From Octopus vulgaris (Eukaryota), in assembly GCA_951406725.2 (NCBI GenBank), contig OX597830.1, positions 7,998,001-8,062,000 of the forward strand: a stretch of DNA of 64,000 bases. The letters are read 5' to 3'. Below, piece by piece: positions 26,708 through 42,499 of this stretch. The translations under genes were made by a program, and so were the position numbers. Under the pieces are notes generated by a model. That model worked only from the letters and a program-made list of their open reading frames with translations. It made no database searches and was not told where the DNA came from. Within the stretch, counting starts at the first letter, position 1. Each line of letters begins with the position of its first letter.

Positions 26708-27180
26708 TATAAAGAGAGATAGACAGATACATACATGCATACATACATCTTTTACTGGTTTCAGTCATTAAACAGCAGCCATGCTATGGCACCGATTTCA
26801 AGAACACAGGCATTCTTTCAAAGCTTCAATGATATCAAGCCCCTTTGGAGCGAGTGATACTGTCGGTAGGTATCGAAACAAATATGATAGTTAATCTACA
26901 GCTGATGAAGAGTCTGTCCTGCAGTGTAAGTGTAAGCTGTACACACAGACATATATAGCGGCATTCATACATACATACATTCATACATACATACATACAT
27001 ACATACATACACACATTCATACACACATTCATACACACATTCATACACACATACATACACACATACATACACACATACATACACACATACATATATTGAT
27101 TGGTAGTGTTACTATGTACATGTTTTGTCTTGGTAATTCAGGTGGATGAGCTTTATACTGTACTCTACCACGTTCTCAAT

Positions 27181-27232
<52 letters not shown>

Positions 27233-27859
27233 ATGAATAAACTTGAAATTGCGTAAAGCAAGCAGAAATACATAAAATTTATGATATATATATATATACA
27301 CATACATATACGCATGTCTGTATATGTATATATTTATATGTATGTATATTGGTACATAGATAGATATCTATATATATAATATATGAATGTATATATCGTA
27401 CTGCTATATAGTATTTAGTGTTTTTATTATCTACATACCGTAAAATAATTGCTATGCCACAACAATTAACATATATGAATATGCATGCATTCGGTTTAGA
27501 ATTCTATCGGACAAACTTTCAAACGCTTATACATATGATTACAGCAACCACGGTAGGATAAACGCAAGCAACAAGTGTGTCTATGTATATGATGGGCGTA
27601 TAGCAATATATGAATTGTAGAGGTGACAGGCAGTTGGACTATTTTATTCCAAAGCTTAAAGTGTAGTCTTCTGCGTTCGATGTTTTTTTTAAGATAATTT
27701 ACTCTGCGTTACTTCTGTTCACAAAGCTGAAACTTCGAAGTCACTGCCTAACGTTTTTTCAAAACACACACACGTGTGTGTGTCAGTATGTGTGTTTGCG
27801 TGTGCGTGCGTGTATGTGTGTGTGTGTGTGTGCGAGCGTGTGTGTGTGTGTGAGTGTGT

Positions 27860-27898
<39 letters not shown>

Positions 27899-27909
27899 CG
27901 TGTGTGTGC

Positions 27910-27971
<62 letters not shown>

Positions 27972-28080
27972 ATCGACGTATCGTCTTTCATCTTCTGCAA
28001 TGCATCGTGTTCATAATCCATTTGTGAATCAAGGACACAATCCGTGACTTCTCTTTCTGCGCAAATCAGTTCGTCTGCAC

Positions 28081-28398
28081 CAGGGGTTCTCAACCATTTT
28101 TTATCAATGGATCCCTTTGATTACCATTCTATTCTGGGGGAGCCCCGTAAACATCTGATGTTTAAAAACTAGTTTTATAGATATTTTTCTCCAAATTCTT
28201 ATTTTATTTTTCACATTGTGTAGACTGAACTATATAAAACGTAAGACAAAGAAACCAATCTGTCTCTTGCAACAAATACACCCAAAGCAAAATTTTCTCA
28301 AGGGCCCTTAAAATGCTATAATGGGTCCCCAGCTTACTATTTTGTTGCGGGGATTCCCAATAATCTTTTATGAGCCTCAGGGCTCATATGAACCCCTG
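28081..28398. mobile_element. hAT-like MITE
   Basis: Ends CAGGGGTTC / GAACCCCTG, with degenerate 8-bp flanks GTCTGCAC / GTCTACTC. Confidence 0.5.
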
Positions 28399-28946
28399 GT
28401 CTACTCCCTGGTGATTATGAGCAGGAGAACGGCTGACTTCGTTAAGGTAAACATGAATAGAACAATGAATGAATTTAGCCAATGAGTGACCCTCATTGTG
28501 AACCTCAGAACGGTAAACATATCAAGTGCCACGCTTAAAATACACACGAATCCGTCTGAGCCATTCAAAAAGAAAAAGCAAATAGAATCTTGTTGCACAT
28601 TCGCGCCAGACCTAGCAATCCATCGAACTTGGTCAAGTATTTGCAGCGATAAGTATTTGCAGAAAAATTAGAGCATCGTCTTTCGAGGAAGTCCCCTTCA
28701 AAAGGGTTCGAACCACCATCACAGCCGCCGCTACCACCACTACAACTACACAGTTTGTCAGTGTTTGTGGTTACTCGAGTAAAAAGTGATGCTGTTTATT
28801 GAATAACTTAACTAGTCGATAAATATCGATCGATAGAAATAGGCACCGGATACGGCCAACTAAAAACGCTTACGACGAAGCTCTTGTTGGGGCACCGTCC
28901 AATGACTGCGACTAATAAATGTGTACAAGACAGTGCAATAATGATA

Positions 28947-29322
28947 ATAAGAGCACTCAGAGAGCGCAAACCCCCGCCAAGGCAACACCATCGACCTCTC
29001 AAAGATTAGCCGGAGAAGATTTTTAAAATGTGAATATCTGAAATAAACTCGACTGCTCTCTCAGACGAGAATACTAAAAATTAAACCCGACCGCTCTCAA
29101 AAATTAAGTGAAAAAAACAAGAAAAATAATCCAGGATCCTTGTCCGGTACCTGACCGATCTCAAAATGTAATCAGTTCGTGCCAGTTACGAGGCCAAACA
29201 TCCCTGAAAGTTTCATCCGAATCCATCCAGTGGTTCTTGAGATATCTTGTCCACGGACAAATAAGCAAAAACACAAACGCGACTGAAAACAATACATCTG
29301 ACCTCGCTAAGGCGGAGGTAAT
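28947..29322 (+). mobile_element. Helentron/HINE-like non-autonomous element
   Basis: Subterminal inverted motifs CCCCCGCC / GGCGGAGG and an internal AAAGTTTCATCCGAATCCATCCAGTGGTTCTTGAGATATC block; inserted in (AAT)n. Confidence 0.45.
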
Positions 29323-29326
29323 AATG

Positions 29327-29372
<46 letters not shown>

Positions 29373-29373
<1 letters not shown>

Positions 29374-29577
29374 TTTGGTACAATGCAAGCAATTTGGGGG
29401 AGGGGTTAAGTCGATTACATTGACCCCAGTACACAATTAGTACTTAATTTATCGACCCCGATTGGATGAAAGGTAAAGTCGACCTCGGCGGAATTTGAAC
29501 TCAGAACGTAACGGTAGGCGAAATGTCGCTAAGCATTTTGCCCGGCATGCTACTGATTCTGCCAACTTGCTCCCTTT
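29373..29577 (-). mobile_element. SINE family B
   Basis: Reverse copy in (AAT)n. Confidence 0.82.
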
Positions 29578-30129
29578 AATAATAATAATAATAAAAGCCC
29601 TGGTGCAGTACCAAGCAGTGGCTCTCATGGCTTTTGATCTTAACTGATTGGAAGTGTTATCATGTACATTGGGCTACAGCAAATATTCTGCTCAATACCA
29701 CAGATTTGCTTATCCGTTGTTTGACCCTAAACAGATCAGCATGCCCCTTAGTGGTTAACGATATGTGCATCTCTGATCATGAGCAAAAGTAGTGGGGGAG
29801 CATCATAGCCATGTGTTGAAAGAAATTCTTTGGAGTTTAGATAATTCACCTCTAGAAACATGGGAGTTTCTTTCAACATCCTTAAACAACCCTTATTTAG
29901 GGACCTTTTGAGCAGGATAGGCTACTCGACCTGAAGAAAATTCTAACTGGGCCCCACCTGCAAGGTCATGTGCTGTTTATCTTGATATGATATCACCATG
30001 TCTCGCACATATGGTTGTGATGCATGTGCCGGGTGTACCCTTATCAGATGGGTAGTCATGATGGGTATACTGGGCTTTATATATTTGAACCCCAGTGTCA
30101 CTTTGATGGCATACACTGCTCTCTCACTC

Positions 30130-30160
<31 letters not shown>

Positions 30161-30434
30161 GTATGCTGGGATTAGAGTAATGTACTTGATTGCCGTAAAC
30201 AGCAACGGTAGTGAGAAGAATAGTAATTTCACCAGCAGTGGTGGTAATTTTAGCCAACAACAAGAATGATGACAACGTTAAGAACAACAACATTAAACAA
30301 CAACGATGACAACAATAATTGTCTCAGTCAGCATCATCGTCGTCGTCGTCATCATCATCATCAACGTCACCACCATCATCAACATCGTACATCTCCATCA
30401 CCACCACCGCCTACATCCTCATCATCGTCTACAA

Positions 30435-30469
<35 letters not shown>

Positions 30470-30500
30470 TCAAAATCATCATCATCATCATCATCACCAC

Positions 30501-30531
<31 letters not shown>

Positions 30532-30802
30532 GCCGTCGTCGTCAGCAGCATCAGTTGTTGAAGTCAATTCTTTATTTTTTCCTCTCTCTCTCTCTCTTTC
30601 TCTAAATGCCTCCAGTCTGATATTAAGACAGACAGACAGATATTTTAGAGATAACCAACCTATCATTACACCACAGCATTTCTTTCATCCCTTCCAGCTT
30701 TTCATTCGTCACTATTGCCTGGTCTACCTCTCACCCTCGCCCACCCAACCCCCTTTTCTCGACTCATCACTTTATTTCTCTTTGCAAATACATGCATGTG
30801 TG

Positions 30803-30838
<36 letters not shown>

Positions 30839-30860
30839 CGTGTACATGTGTGTATATATT

Positions 30861-30921
<61 letters not shown>

Positions 30922-30926
30922 TAAAG

Positions 30927-31011
<85 letters not shown>

Positions 31012-31034
31012 CACACGCACGCGCACACATATAC

Positions 31035-31065
<31 letters not shown>

Positions 31066-31392
31066 TACATATATACTATTGTTTAATATCATTATCTCTC
31101 TCTCTCTCTCACTCTCTTCTTCTCTCTCTCCCTCTCACTCACTCTCACTCTCTCTCTCTCTATCTCTCTCAGACTTGTTTACGCATTCACCATCAGTTTC
31201 TTTAGGTATCTTTTTATTACTTTTATCTCTCTACCTGTCTGTCTGTCTGTCTATTTGTAATTAACTGCCTAAACATCTTCGTATTTAACCATCTATCAGA
31301 ATACATTTTTACCGATGTACTTATCAATCTGTTCCTCAATACATCACAGTGGTATGCGTGTGTATATGTACATGTATACACATATATAAGTA

Positions 31393-31437
<45 letters not shown>

Positions 31438-31649
31438 TATTATATGTGTGTGTGTGTGTGTGTGTGTAAATATATATAATATATATGTGTGTGTATGTAT
31501 ATATACATATATATATATGTATCTGGTATGGATTCGAAGAGTTTAACAGAGCTAGCTGTAAGCTCCCTACCCGGTGTATGAATATTGCGAAAAATGGTGA
31601 TAAAGGCTAGGGTATAACCTCATCGATGTTCTGAAATTCGGAAATTGCA

Positions 31650-31730
<81 letters not shown>

Positions 31731-31776
31731 TTTTTTTTTGTATGGTGTGTTTGTGGGGATATATGTGTATGCGTGT

Positions 31777-31862
<86 letters not shown>

Positions 31863-32461
31863 GATACGGAAGACGAAATGTAACTAGAAGCTTTATTTAG
31901 CATAACAATCGTTTCGGCTTGCTTTTGCACTGCTCCCTAGTTGTATAGAATGACATCAGATGTATCACACAATGCAGAAAGCCTCATCAGGTGACGTTAC
32001 GTGCTTCAAAAGTTATAAGATTTATATTTCGTTGGTGGTCACACACCACTAGCACCTAACTCGCGACGAAAAGTAACGTGAATGACACCTTGGTAGCTGT
32101 ATACTACCTGGCACACTACCTGGGACCTTACCCGAAACAGGGTTTGGATACTGAATTTTAATGTCTCCTTTCTAAACCTGCGTATGTATCCATGTATGTA
32201 TGCACGTACGTATGTATCTATGTATGTACGTATGTATGTATTTATGCATGTACGTATGTATGTATGTATGTATGTATGTATACGTAAATGTCGAACAATG
32301 AGAATAAGTGCTCAACATTGCATCGCTATAAACGCTACCATTGGTTTCATGTTAAGAAAATTGTGGCCGGCTTCAAAAATTGTCAAGATATTTTCTTAAC
32401 ATGAAACCAATGGTAGCCTTAATACACAAATATGTAAAATTTAATACATATGCTACACTGG

Positions 32462-32690
32462 GGCTCCGTCGGTTTACGACGACAAGGGCTCCAGTTGACC
32501 CGCTCAACGGAGCAGTTAACTTGTAAAATTAACATGCGGTTGACTGAGAACTCCACCAACAAACGTAACCCTTAACAGAGTTCTCAGAATGTGACAAAGC
32601 TGACTTCTTTGAGAAACATTTACTACCCATTTCTTCCAGTTGAGTTGACTGGAATAGCGTGAAATAAAACATCTTGTTCGAGTTGAGCAT
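32462..32690 (-). mobile_element. SINE family C, 3' part
   Basis: Similarity to 34050-34290. Confidence 0.75.
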
Positions 32691-32740
32691 TAAATTCTTT
32701 TGACATAAAAACAAAATTTTAATATATATTTGTGCCTGTT

Positions 32741-32955
32741 GAAGGCGGCGAGATGTCAAGAGCCGTTAGCAAACCAGACAAAATGCTTAGCGGATTTCAT
32801 CCGTCGTTGTGTTCTGAGTTCAAATTCCGCCGAGGTGGACTTTGCTTGTCATCCTTCTGGGATCGATAAAAACAGTAACAGTTGAGCTCTGGAATCGATG
32901 CAATCCACTTAACCCTTCCCCTCACCTTGCTGGCCTTGTGCCAAAATCTGAAATC
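32741..32955 (+). mobile_element. SINE family B
   Basis: Similarity to the other copies. Confidence 0.8.
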
Positions 32956-33184
32956 AGTATATATGTGTGTGTGTTTAAATACGAACATAAATACACACAC
33001 ACACACACATAAATATACAGGGTTGGCCATAAGTCACTCGACAGTAAATAAAAATTCCATAAATACTGTCTGTAATTCTGTATTGACTCGAATGGGAAAA
33101 TGGAGTCGCTCAAACAGGACTTCAGTTTCAACAATTTTATTAAATTCATTCGGTTGTTAAACATAAACAAATGGTTTTGATTTA

Positions 33185-33231
<47 letters not shown>

Positions 33232-33309
33232 CATATACACACACATATACATACAGACATATATACATATATACACACAGACATATATACATATATATAT
33301 ATATATACA

Positions 33310-33355
<46 letters not shown>

Positions 33356-33539
33356 CATATATATATATATATACATACATATATATATATATATACAGAC
33401 ATATATATATATATATACAGACATATATATATATATATATACAGACATATATATATATATATATACAGACATATATATATATATATACAGACATATATAT
33501 ATATATATATACAGACATATATATATATATATATATACA

Positions 33540-33621
<82 letters not shown>

Positions 33622-33622
33622 C

Positions 33623-33658
<36 letters not shown>

Positions 33659-33759
33659 ACATATACAAACTTAGATAACTTAGATATGTTTCGACCAAAG
33701 ATAGCACCACCTGATAGGATTAGCTAAATCCTTTTTAAGTCATCTTTTGTGGTATCATG

Positions 33760-33977
33760 GTCCATTCGAGTAGAAATTTTTTGTTGAGTGAGTTCTATCC
33801 AGGTATAGGTGGCTTTTCTACAATTCCTTGAAGAAATTTGTCTAGATTCCGTTTAAAGGATTTGGGATTTTTTTTCTGCATTGATCTGTTTCGGCACAAT
33901 ATTAAAAAGGGCAGTGCCTGTTGAGGAAAAGAAATTATGTTGCAGTGTATTTATGTGTTGTGATCCTGAATTGGGTA

Positions 33978-33980
<3 letters not shown>
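33760..33980 (-). mobile_element. 3' fragment of a CR1/L2-like LINE ORF2
   Basis: Minus-strand translation TLQHNFFSSTGTALFNIVPKQI, then after a frameshift SFKRNLDKFLQGIVEKPPIPG, matches the C-terminal pattern of CR1-group ORF2. Confidence 0.55.
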
Positions 33981-34048
<68 letters not shown>

Positions 34049-34049
34049 G

Positions 34050-34366
34050 GAGCACTCCGTCGGTTACGATGACGAGGGTCCCAGCTGATACGATCAATGG
34101 AACAGCTTGCTCGTGAAATTAACGTGCAAGTGACTGAGTATTCCACAGCCACGTGTACCCCTAACGTAGTTCTCAGAGTAATTCAGCGAGAAACAGAGTG
34201 TGACAAGGCTGGCCCTTTGAAATACAGGTACTACTCATTTTTGCCAGCTGAGTGGACTGGAGCAACGTGAAATAAAGTGTCTTGCTCAAGGACACAACGC
34301 GCCGCCGGGAATCGAACTCACGACCTTACAATCATGAGCCGAATGCCCAAACCATTGAAATGCGTC
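34050..34366 (-). mobile_element. SINE family C (tRNA head + CORE-like domain)
   Basis: Minus strand GAGTTCGATTCCCGG...GTGTCCTTGAGCAAGACACTTTA; homologous to 1996-2297. Confidence 0.85.
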
Positions 34367-34956
34367 ATTGATAATGCAATGTGGGGCCCTTATATGACTC
34401 TTGAGCCCTGTCAAAGATTTGCCCTTTTTATTGCATAATGCAACATATATATACGCACACACACACACACGCATACACACACATATCTATACCGTGTGCT
34501 GTGTGCGTGTATATATATATATGAAAGCTGATACGCTCGGTCACACAGCATTGCTTCTCGCTGCACAATATTCAAGAGTAATTTCAGATTACGTACCTCT
34601 AGGACCAAGAGGGTTGTGGCTCCTGAATATTTCTTTTTGTATTTTCCTTAAGATCGCCAATGAAGAATCAATCATATATTAACGAAACAATCAATAACAT
34701 ATTATATATTTACAAATCAATTTCCCATTCAATAATCAATCATATACTTAAACTAATCAATAATCTTTTATATATTTACTAATCGATAATATATGTACTA
34801 ATCAATCAATGATATATCATATATTTATTAATCAATAATAACCAGCAATCGAACGAGGCTTGATGTGACATTTTTTATTTCACAATAAAAACCAGCATCG
34901 CTGCTATAATTATCATCATCATCATCATCCTTACTACCATCACCGTCATCATCGCC

Positions 34957-34987
<31 letters not shown>

Positions 34988-35531
34988 TCATCATTATTCG
35001 CATCATTATCTTCATCGATCATCATCATCGCCACAGTCAATATCGTCCTCATTATCATCATCATCATTATCATTTCCATCACCAACATCACCATCGTCAT
35101 CAACATCATCATCATCATCATCTTCACCACCACCAGCATCGCCGCCACCACCTTCATAGTCACCACCAACGTCACCACATCAACCTCACAACTTCCATCA
35201 AAACACCTACTCTCACCACCACCACCACCAATTCAACAACGCCGCCATGTCTACCACCACCGCCGCCACCAACGTAAAATATAAATATTTCTCGTATAAA
35301 TCATAATTTTGGGAGGTTGACAACCCAAGTGTGTTGAAAATAAAAGTGTGTTGAGGACAATGCATACACACACACATACACGCACACACACACTACAGCA
35401 CACTCACGCACATATACACATTCACACCAAAAATACATATACATATACTTACATATATACAGAGGCACACATACGCACATACATGTACACACACGTATAT
35501 CTCTACACACAGAAATATATATCTATGTAAG

Positions 35532-35587
<56 letters not shown>

Positions 35588-35690
35588 ATATACAGTGGCG
35601 ATAGATAGACAGATAGATACACAGATAGATAGATAAACAGATATGTTTGCATACGTGTGTGTGTGTGTATGATGTTGAGTGTGTTGCATG

Positions 35691-35768
<78 letters not shown>

Positions 35769-35945
35769 TATATATAAACATATGAATATATATGCATATT
35801 TATGCGTATGTTTGTGTGTGTGTGTACGCATAAATATACATACGTGTAAATGTACATGATTTTAACCTATATATATACATATATATGTATATAATTATTT
35901 TGTATATACAATGTTATCTCTCATTCTTTCTGTCTCTTTCTCTCA

Positions 35946-35979
<34 letters not shown>

Positions 35980-35988
35980 GTATATATG

Positions 35989-36044
<56 letters not shown>

Positions 36045-36399
36045 CTGTATACACACACATACGTGTGTGTGTGTGTATAATATGTGTGTACGTGTATTTG
36101 CATGCTTGAGTGCTTGCCTATATTCACACGTGTGTATGTGTGTGTCAGAGAGAGAGAGAGAGTGCGTGTGTGTGTGTGTGCATGCATGTATGCATACGTG
36201 TGTGTGTGTGCGTGCGTTCGTTTGCACATATGTGTGTGTATGCGTATACACCTATGTATATGCATGCAGCGTCAAGCATTTTACAAGCATATAATTATTT
36301 TATGTATCAATTATTATATATTTTTTTTTATTTTCAATGACACATTTCATAGAGGCTCACTGCCTTCTTGGAAAGACATTTCTTCTTGAGGTTGTTGTT

Positions 36400-36514
36400 G
36401 TCGTCGTCGTCATCATCATTATTGAAAATACTGTTATTCTTGCTGTTATTGTTACGAATAATATTATCATTATTAATGTTTTTATCATCATCATCATCAG
36501 CATCATTATTATTG

Positions 36515-36585
<71 letters not shown>

Positions 36586-36608
36586 CATCATCATTATTAT
36601 TATTATTA

Positions 36609-36657
<49 letters not shown>

Positions 36658-37008
36658 CATTATTATTATTTTTATTATTATTATTTTTATTATTATTTTT
36701 TTATTATTGTTATCATCATTAATATTATTATTATTATTATTATCATTATTATTATTTTTATTATTATCATTTTTATTATTATTGTTATCATCATTAATAT
36801 TATTATTATCGTTATCATCATTAATATTATTATTATTATTATTATTATCATTATTATTATTGTTATTATCATTATTATTATTATTATTTTATTTTTATTA
36901 TTATTATTATTATTATCATCATCATTATTATTATCATTATTATCATTAATATTATTATTATCATCATCATCATTAATATTATTATTATCATTAATATTAT
37001 TATTATTA

Positions 37009-37039
<31 letters not shown>

Positions 37040-37215
37040 CATTGTTATTATTGTTATTATCATTATTATTATTATTATTTTATTATTATTGTTATTATTA
37101 TTATTATCATCATCTTTAATATTATTATTATCATTATTATCATTAATATTATTATTATTATCATTATTAATATTATTAATATTATTATTATTATTAATAT
37201 TAATATTATTATTAT
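36400..37215. repeat. Long degenerate (ATT)n/(ATC)n tract
   Basis: Seen directly. Confidence 0.95.
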
Positions 37216-37517
37216 TATCTATTTATGTCACATTTATAGGATTACATGTGCATGCAACATGACACATATTCATATACAAATATAGTTTATTTTACGTAAA
37301 TAAGTACGTGTATATGTGTGCTTGTGTGTGTGTGTGTGTTTGTGTAAGTGTGAAGGTACAAATATAAGCACTTACGAATAAATTTTTATTCATATATGAA
37401 TGTATATGAATATATCTACGCATATATATAGGCATGTACATATATACACACACACACACACACAGATATATATATATATATATATACATATATATAAAGA
37501 CACACATACATACATAG

Positions 37518-37556
<39 letters not shown>

Positions 37557-38111
37557 CTTATGGATATACACAAATCTATATTCATAAATTATTGTTGTTG
37601 GAATTAGTGTGTATATACGTCTGTGGGTGTGTATGTGTATCTTTGCGTGTGCATACATGTAAACGTACATAAATATACAATGTATATATACATCTCCATA
37701 CATATATATGTAAATATATATCTATACACACACACACACATACACATATATATATCAATATGCGTATGTTCGTATATACAATTGCGTGTACATGTATATA
37801 TACATGCATATGTCTATACATCTTTATGTATATTTTTTAGTAAATGTTTCAAAGGGCCTATAATTAATTTCTAATGACTAGGTATGTTAAAATGCGGTGC
37901 ATTGAGCTAGGGTGTGTTGAAATGTGGTGTGTCGATGATGATGATGATGATGATGATGTGGTAGTGGTGGTAGACGGTGGTGGTGGCAGTGGCTGTCGTT
38001 GAAATATGGCGACATGAATAAAAATATATAGATATAATATGAATGAAAACCACCTATTCCCACCCCTTACACTCGCCACCCTGATATCTGACTGGCTGTA
38101 ACGTCTGGTAC

Positions 38112-38146
<35 letters not shown>

Positions 38147-38288
38147 TATACATATAAAAACCTATATATATATAATGGTATATGCATATTTATATATGCA
38201 TTTATAAACATGTGTGTGTATTTATATATATATAAATATTGGTATATACATTTATATATATACATATATATACATATTGGTATATACA

Positions 38289-38331
<43 letters not shown>

Positions 38332-38772
38332 TGTTGAGATTTCTAACAGAATCTTGCCTCGTCTTAAGACATTTTTTCATGAAGCCCCAGTGACTGTAGA
38401 AGAGAAGGAAAAGCGGAAAAGAAAAGGGAGTGGGTGGCAGAGGTGGTGGTAGTGGTAGTGGTGGTGGTGGTGACTAGGTGAATGATTGAGTGGTAGTAAG
38501 AGGAGAAGTGGAAGTGAATTGTGGTAGTGAAGGGTGAATGAGCGTGTGAAGTGTGAGCGTGAAAAAAGGGTAAGAAATAGAGGCGAAGTTACTAACCCTG
38601 GAACTGCCATCACGACGATGACGATGATGATCATCATCATCATTAGCAGCAGCATCGTCATCATCCTCATTGCAGCGATGCTGTTTACAATATGTGTTGT
38701 AGTAGTAATAGGGTGGTGGTGCTAGAGGATGAGTAGTAGCAGCAGCAGCAGTAGTAGTAGTAGTAATAGTAT

Positions 38773-38805
<33 letters not shown>

Positions 38806-38888
38806 AAATGACTTTATTGGAAGTACTGCAATCCATCCCTCCATACATACACACTCAGGCGATCAAGAACTTGAACATCACACCTCGA

Positions 38889-38945
<57 letters not shown>

Positions 38946-39969
38946 CCCTCGTCTCACTTCAATCCCACACCACCCACGCCACACCGTACCACTCTACGTC
39001 TCCACCCACAGCCCTTCACCCCTACACCTCTCTACACTCCACTTCAATCTACCCTGCATCGCACGACTGCACTGTGTTACACTCATCCATATAACATGCC
39101 ACTACACACTGCTATGTCACACTTCCCGCGATCTCAAGCCACTTCATACACAGCATATCACTCAACGCCACTCCACAATGCTCCACTAAACTACACACAC
39201 TCATTCTGCACCACAACACTCCACTCCATTACTTAACACTCAACTTAACCTAAAACCACTACACTTTGGTATGTTGTACTCCACAACACTCCAATACTTT
39301 AAACCTACCCCATACCACTCCACAATACTCAACTCAATTACACTCCACTCCCCACCACCCTATACTACATACACACTTACACAACACCACTCTACAATAC
39401 TCCACTAAATAAAATACTACGAAATACAACCGCACCACTCCAAGCCAATGCACTATGCTGCATTCCACGCCAGTACCCTACACTGCAGATGCAATGTATC
39501 ACGCAATGCCGCTTCCTTCGAGTACGCTCCATGCCACACCACCCCCGAGTACTGAACCTCACTATGCTACATTCGACTTAATCCAGTATATCACTCTACA
39601 GACTCTATATCGCACACAAATCCCCACTCAACGATGCTCCACTCAAGAGCACTGTATTCCTCAGCTCTACATAACACTCCGCTAAACACCATCCTCCATC
39701 ACTCCTGCTTATATCGCTTTCTTTATGCAAAAGTCACCGAGGTAAAAATAATAATAATAATAAAATAACAAATACAATTTTAAGAAATAGAGAAAATAAA
39801 AGACTAAATATGAAAGTAAATAAAAATGAAGTTCTTGAGACCAAAAACTTTAAAGCCTTAAACAACAACAACGACGATGGCGATATGTACAGCAACAACA
39901 ACTACTCGTACGACGGTAACAGCAACAATAACAATAACAATGATAAAATAATAACAACGATGGTCACGA

Positions 39970-40058
39970 CGGCTACTACTACTACTACCACCAATACCCC
40001 CACCACAACTATTATTACTGCTTCTACTATTATTACCACCACCATCACCAATACCCCC

Positions 40059-40090
<32 letters not shown>

Positions 40091-40860
40091 CACCACCACT
40101 ACTAACACTACTACTACTACCAATACCCCCACTACTACTACTAATAATACTACCACCACCACCACCACCACCACCACTACTAACACTACTACTACTACCA
40201 ATACCCCCACTACTACTACTAATAATACTACCACCACCACCACCACCACTACTAACACTACTACTACTACCAATACCCCCACTACTACTAATAATAATAC
40301 TACCACCACCACCACCACCACCACTACTAACACTACTACTACTACCAATACCCCCACTACTACTACTAATAATACTACCACCACCACCACCACTACTAAC
40401 ACTACTACTACCACCAATACCCCCACCACAACTACTATTACTACTACTACCACCAATACCCCCACCACAACTACTATTACTACTACTACCACCAATACCC
40501 CCACCACTACTACTACTACTGCTGCTACTACTATTACCACCACCACTACCACTACTGATACTTGCACCACTACGACAGCAGTAGCGACAATAATAACAAT
40601 CGCAAAACAACAACAGAAGCTACAACAACCACAACCTACTACTACTACTAGAATAAGAACAACAACTACTACTGCTACTACAACTACTACCACTACGGCA
40701 TTAACAAGAACAACAACAACTACTCTAGCAATAACATCACCAACAGCAATAACAATTGCAATAACGACAATAACAACAACCACTACTACTACAACATTAA
40801 CAACTACTACTATTGCTTCTACTGCCACTACTACTACTTGTACTACTTCTACAGATGCTG

Positions 40861-40903
<43 letters not shown>

Positions 40904-40910
40904 CACTATA
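39970..40910. repeat. Compound (ACT/ACC/ACA)n tract with ~60-bp higher-order unit
   Basis: ACCAATACCCCCAC recurs with variable trinucleotide spacers. Confidence 0.9.
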
Positions 40911-41937
40911 GTAATAGTAAAAGCCATTTGCCGTTTTAATAGCATGTTTTAATAGGGGAGGGTAAGAGAAACGTTTTTGCAGGGTGGTGCAGCGAAATGC
41001 ATCGCCAGAATGCATCTACGTAGAACTGCATCAAGACACTTGCAAGAAATATATGTGTTTCTAATGCAACCTGACATTAACTTCCCCGCCAACACCACAC
41101 ATGCATAAACACACATATATGCACATACATACACACACACATACAGACATAGACACACACATACACATACATATTTGCCTCTTCAAATATATTGATCTAT
41201 AGATGTATGCTTATACATATGCATATATCTTGCATATACATACATATACATACATATACACACTATATATATATAAATATATATTTATACGCTATATATA
41301 TATGTGTGTATAATACATATATATATATATATATATATATATGCGTGTGTGTATGTATTTGTGTGCGAGTATGTGTTTCTATGTACGGATATATATATAT
41401 ATGTGTGTGTGTATGTGTGTGTAGGCATATGTGTACGTATATGTCTGTATAAGCACAAGAAACACGCAAGTGAACATACGAGAGTGGTTGATACATATAT
41501 ACACTTACATATATGCATATACAGACAGACATTCTACACTTACTCTCTCTCACATACACACACATACATGTATACACCTAGATATAGGCAGATAGATACA
41601 TACACACAGCATACATACATGCATACGGACGCAATGATAAAAATACATACACGTACACACATATACATATCTAGGCATAAACACTATAGCAGATAATCGT
41701 ACGTTTATGCAGATATTTATGTGTGTGTATATGTGTATAGACACAGGATTACTCATTAATATGCATTTATATATACACACACACACATATATTTATACGT
41801 GTGTGTGTGTGTGTGTGTAAGAAGTTTAAAATGGACTGGGAGTCTTTTAGATAGTTTATTCATAAAGGATTAACCAGTTTCACAGATTTTCTGATTTTCA
41901 AAAGTGACAGTGGCAAAGCAGTTGCGGCACAGCCCCA

Positions 41938-42060
<123 letters not shown>

Positions 42061-42260
42061 GGTGAATGAATTATCCTATGTTTACCGTTAACATGGAAAA
42101 TTCAATGAACCGTTACCAGGGTAGCAAATTCACGACAGAAATTCGGTTGAAGCGACCTATCCAAAGGTAGAAACTCCAGGTTAATGTGCAGTAATTTGTG
42201 TGTTATAGATGAATAAATAAATAAATGGATTTGAACGAAGATGTTAATAAAATTCTTTTA

Positions 42261-42342
42261 CTTTCGACATATGTTTCGAAGACAACATGATTTTATTCCA
42301 AGGGAATAAACGATGTAAGATGCAATCTTCTCATCAGGAAAG
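42261..42342 (-). ncRNA. Type I hammerhead ribozyme, canonical core, GUC cleavage triplet
   Basis: CTTTC-CTGATGA-GAAGA...TCTTC-GAAA-CATATG-T-C-GAAAG. Confidence 0.8.
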
Positions 42343-42417
42343 AAAGAGACCCTCTCTCAACAACATGTAGGCAGCCATCATAATTGTTATAATGTCTTGT
42401 TGAGAGAGGCTCTCTTT

Positions 42418-42499
42418 CTTTCCTGATGAGAAGATTGCATCTTACACCGTTTATTCCCTTGGAATAAAACCATGTTGTCTTCGAAATATATGTCGGGAG
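42418..42499 (+). ncRNA. Inverted second copy of the same hammerhead
   Basis: CTTTC-CTGATGA-GAAGA...TCTTC-GAAA-TATATG-T-C-GGGAG. Confidence 0.7.

Noticed and set aside
29595-30130. Non-microsatellite block between (AAT)n tracts, possible retroelement remnant
   Set aside because: No recognisable protein motif and no second copy in the window, so it cannot be classified.
33226-33625. CRISPR-like repeat/spacer pattern
   Set aside because: Spacers are only (AT)n of variable length; eukaryotic context and no cas genes.
39810-40952. 380-aa Thr-rich mucin-like ORF
   Set aside because: It is a compound trinucleotide tract that is open in several frames on both strands; no signal peptide, domain or splice evidence.
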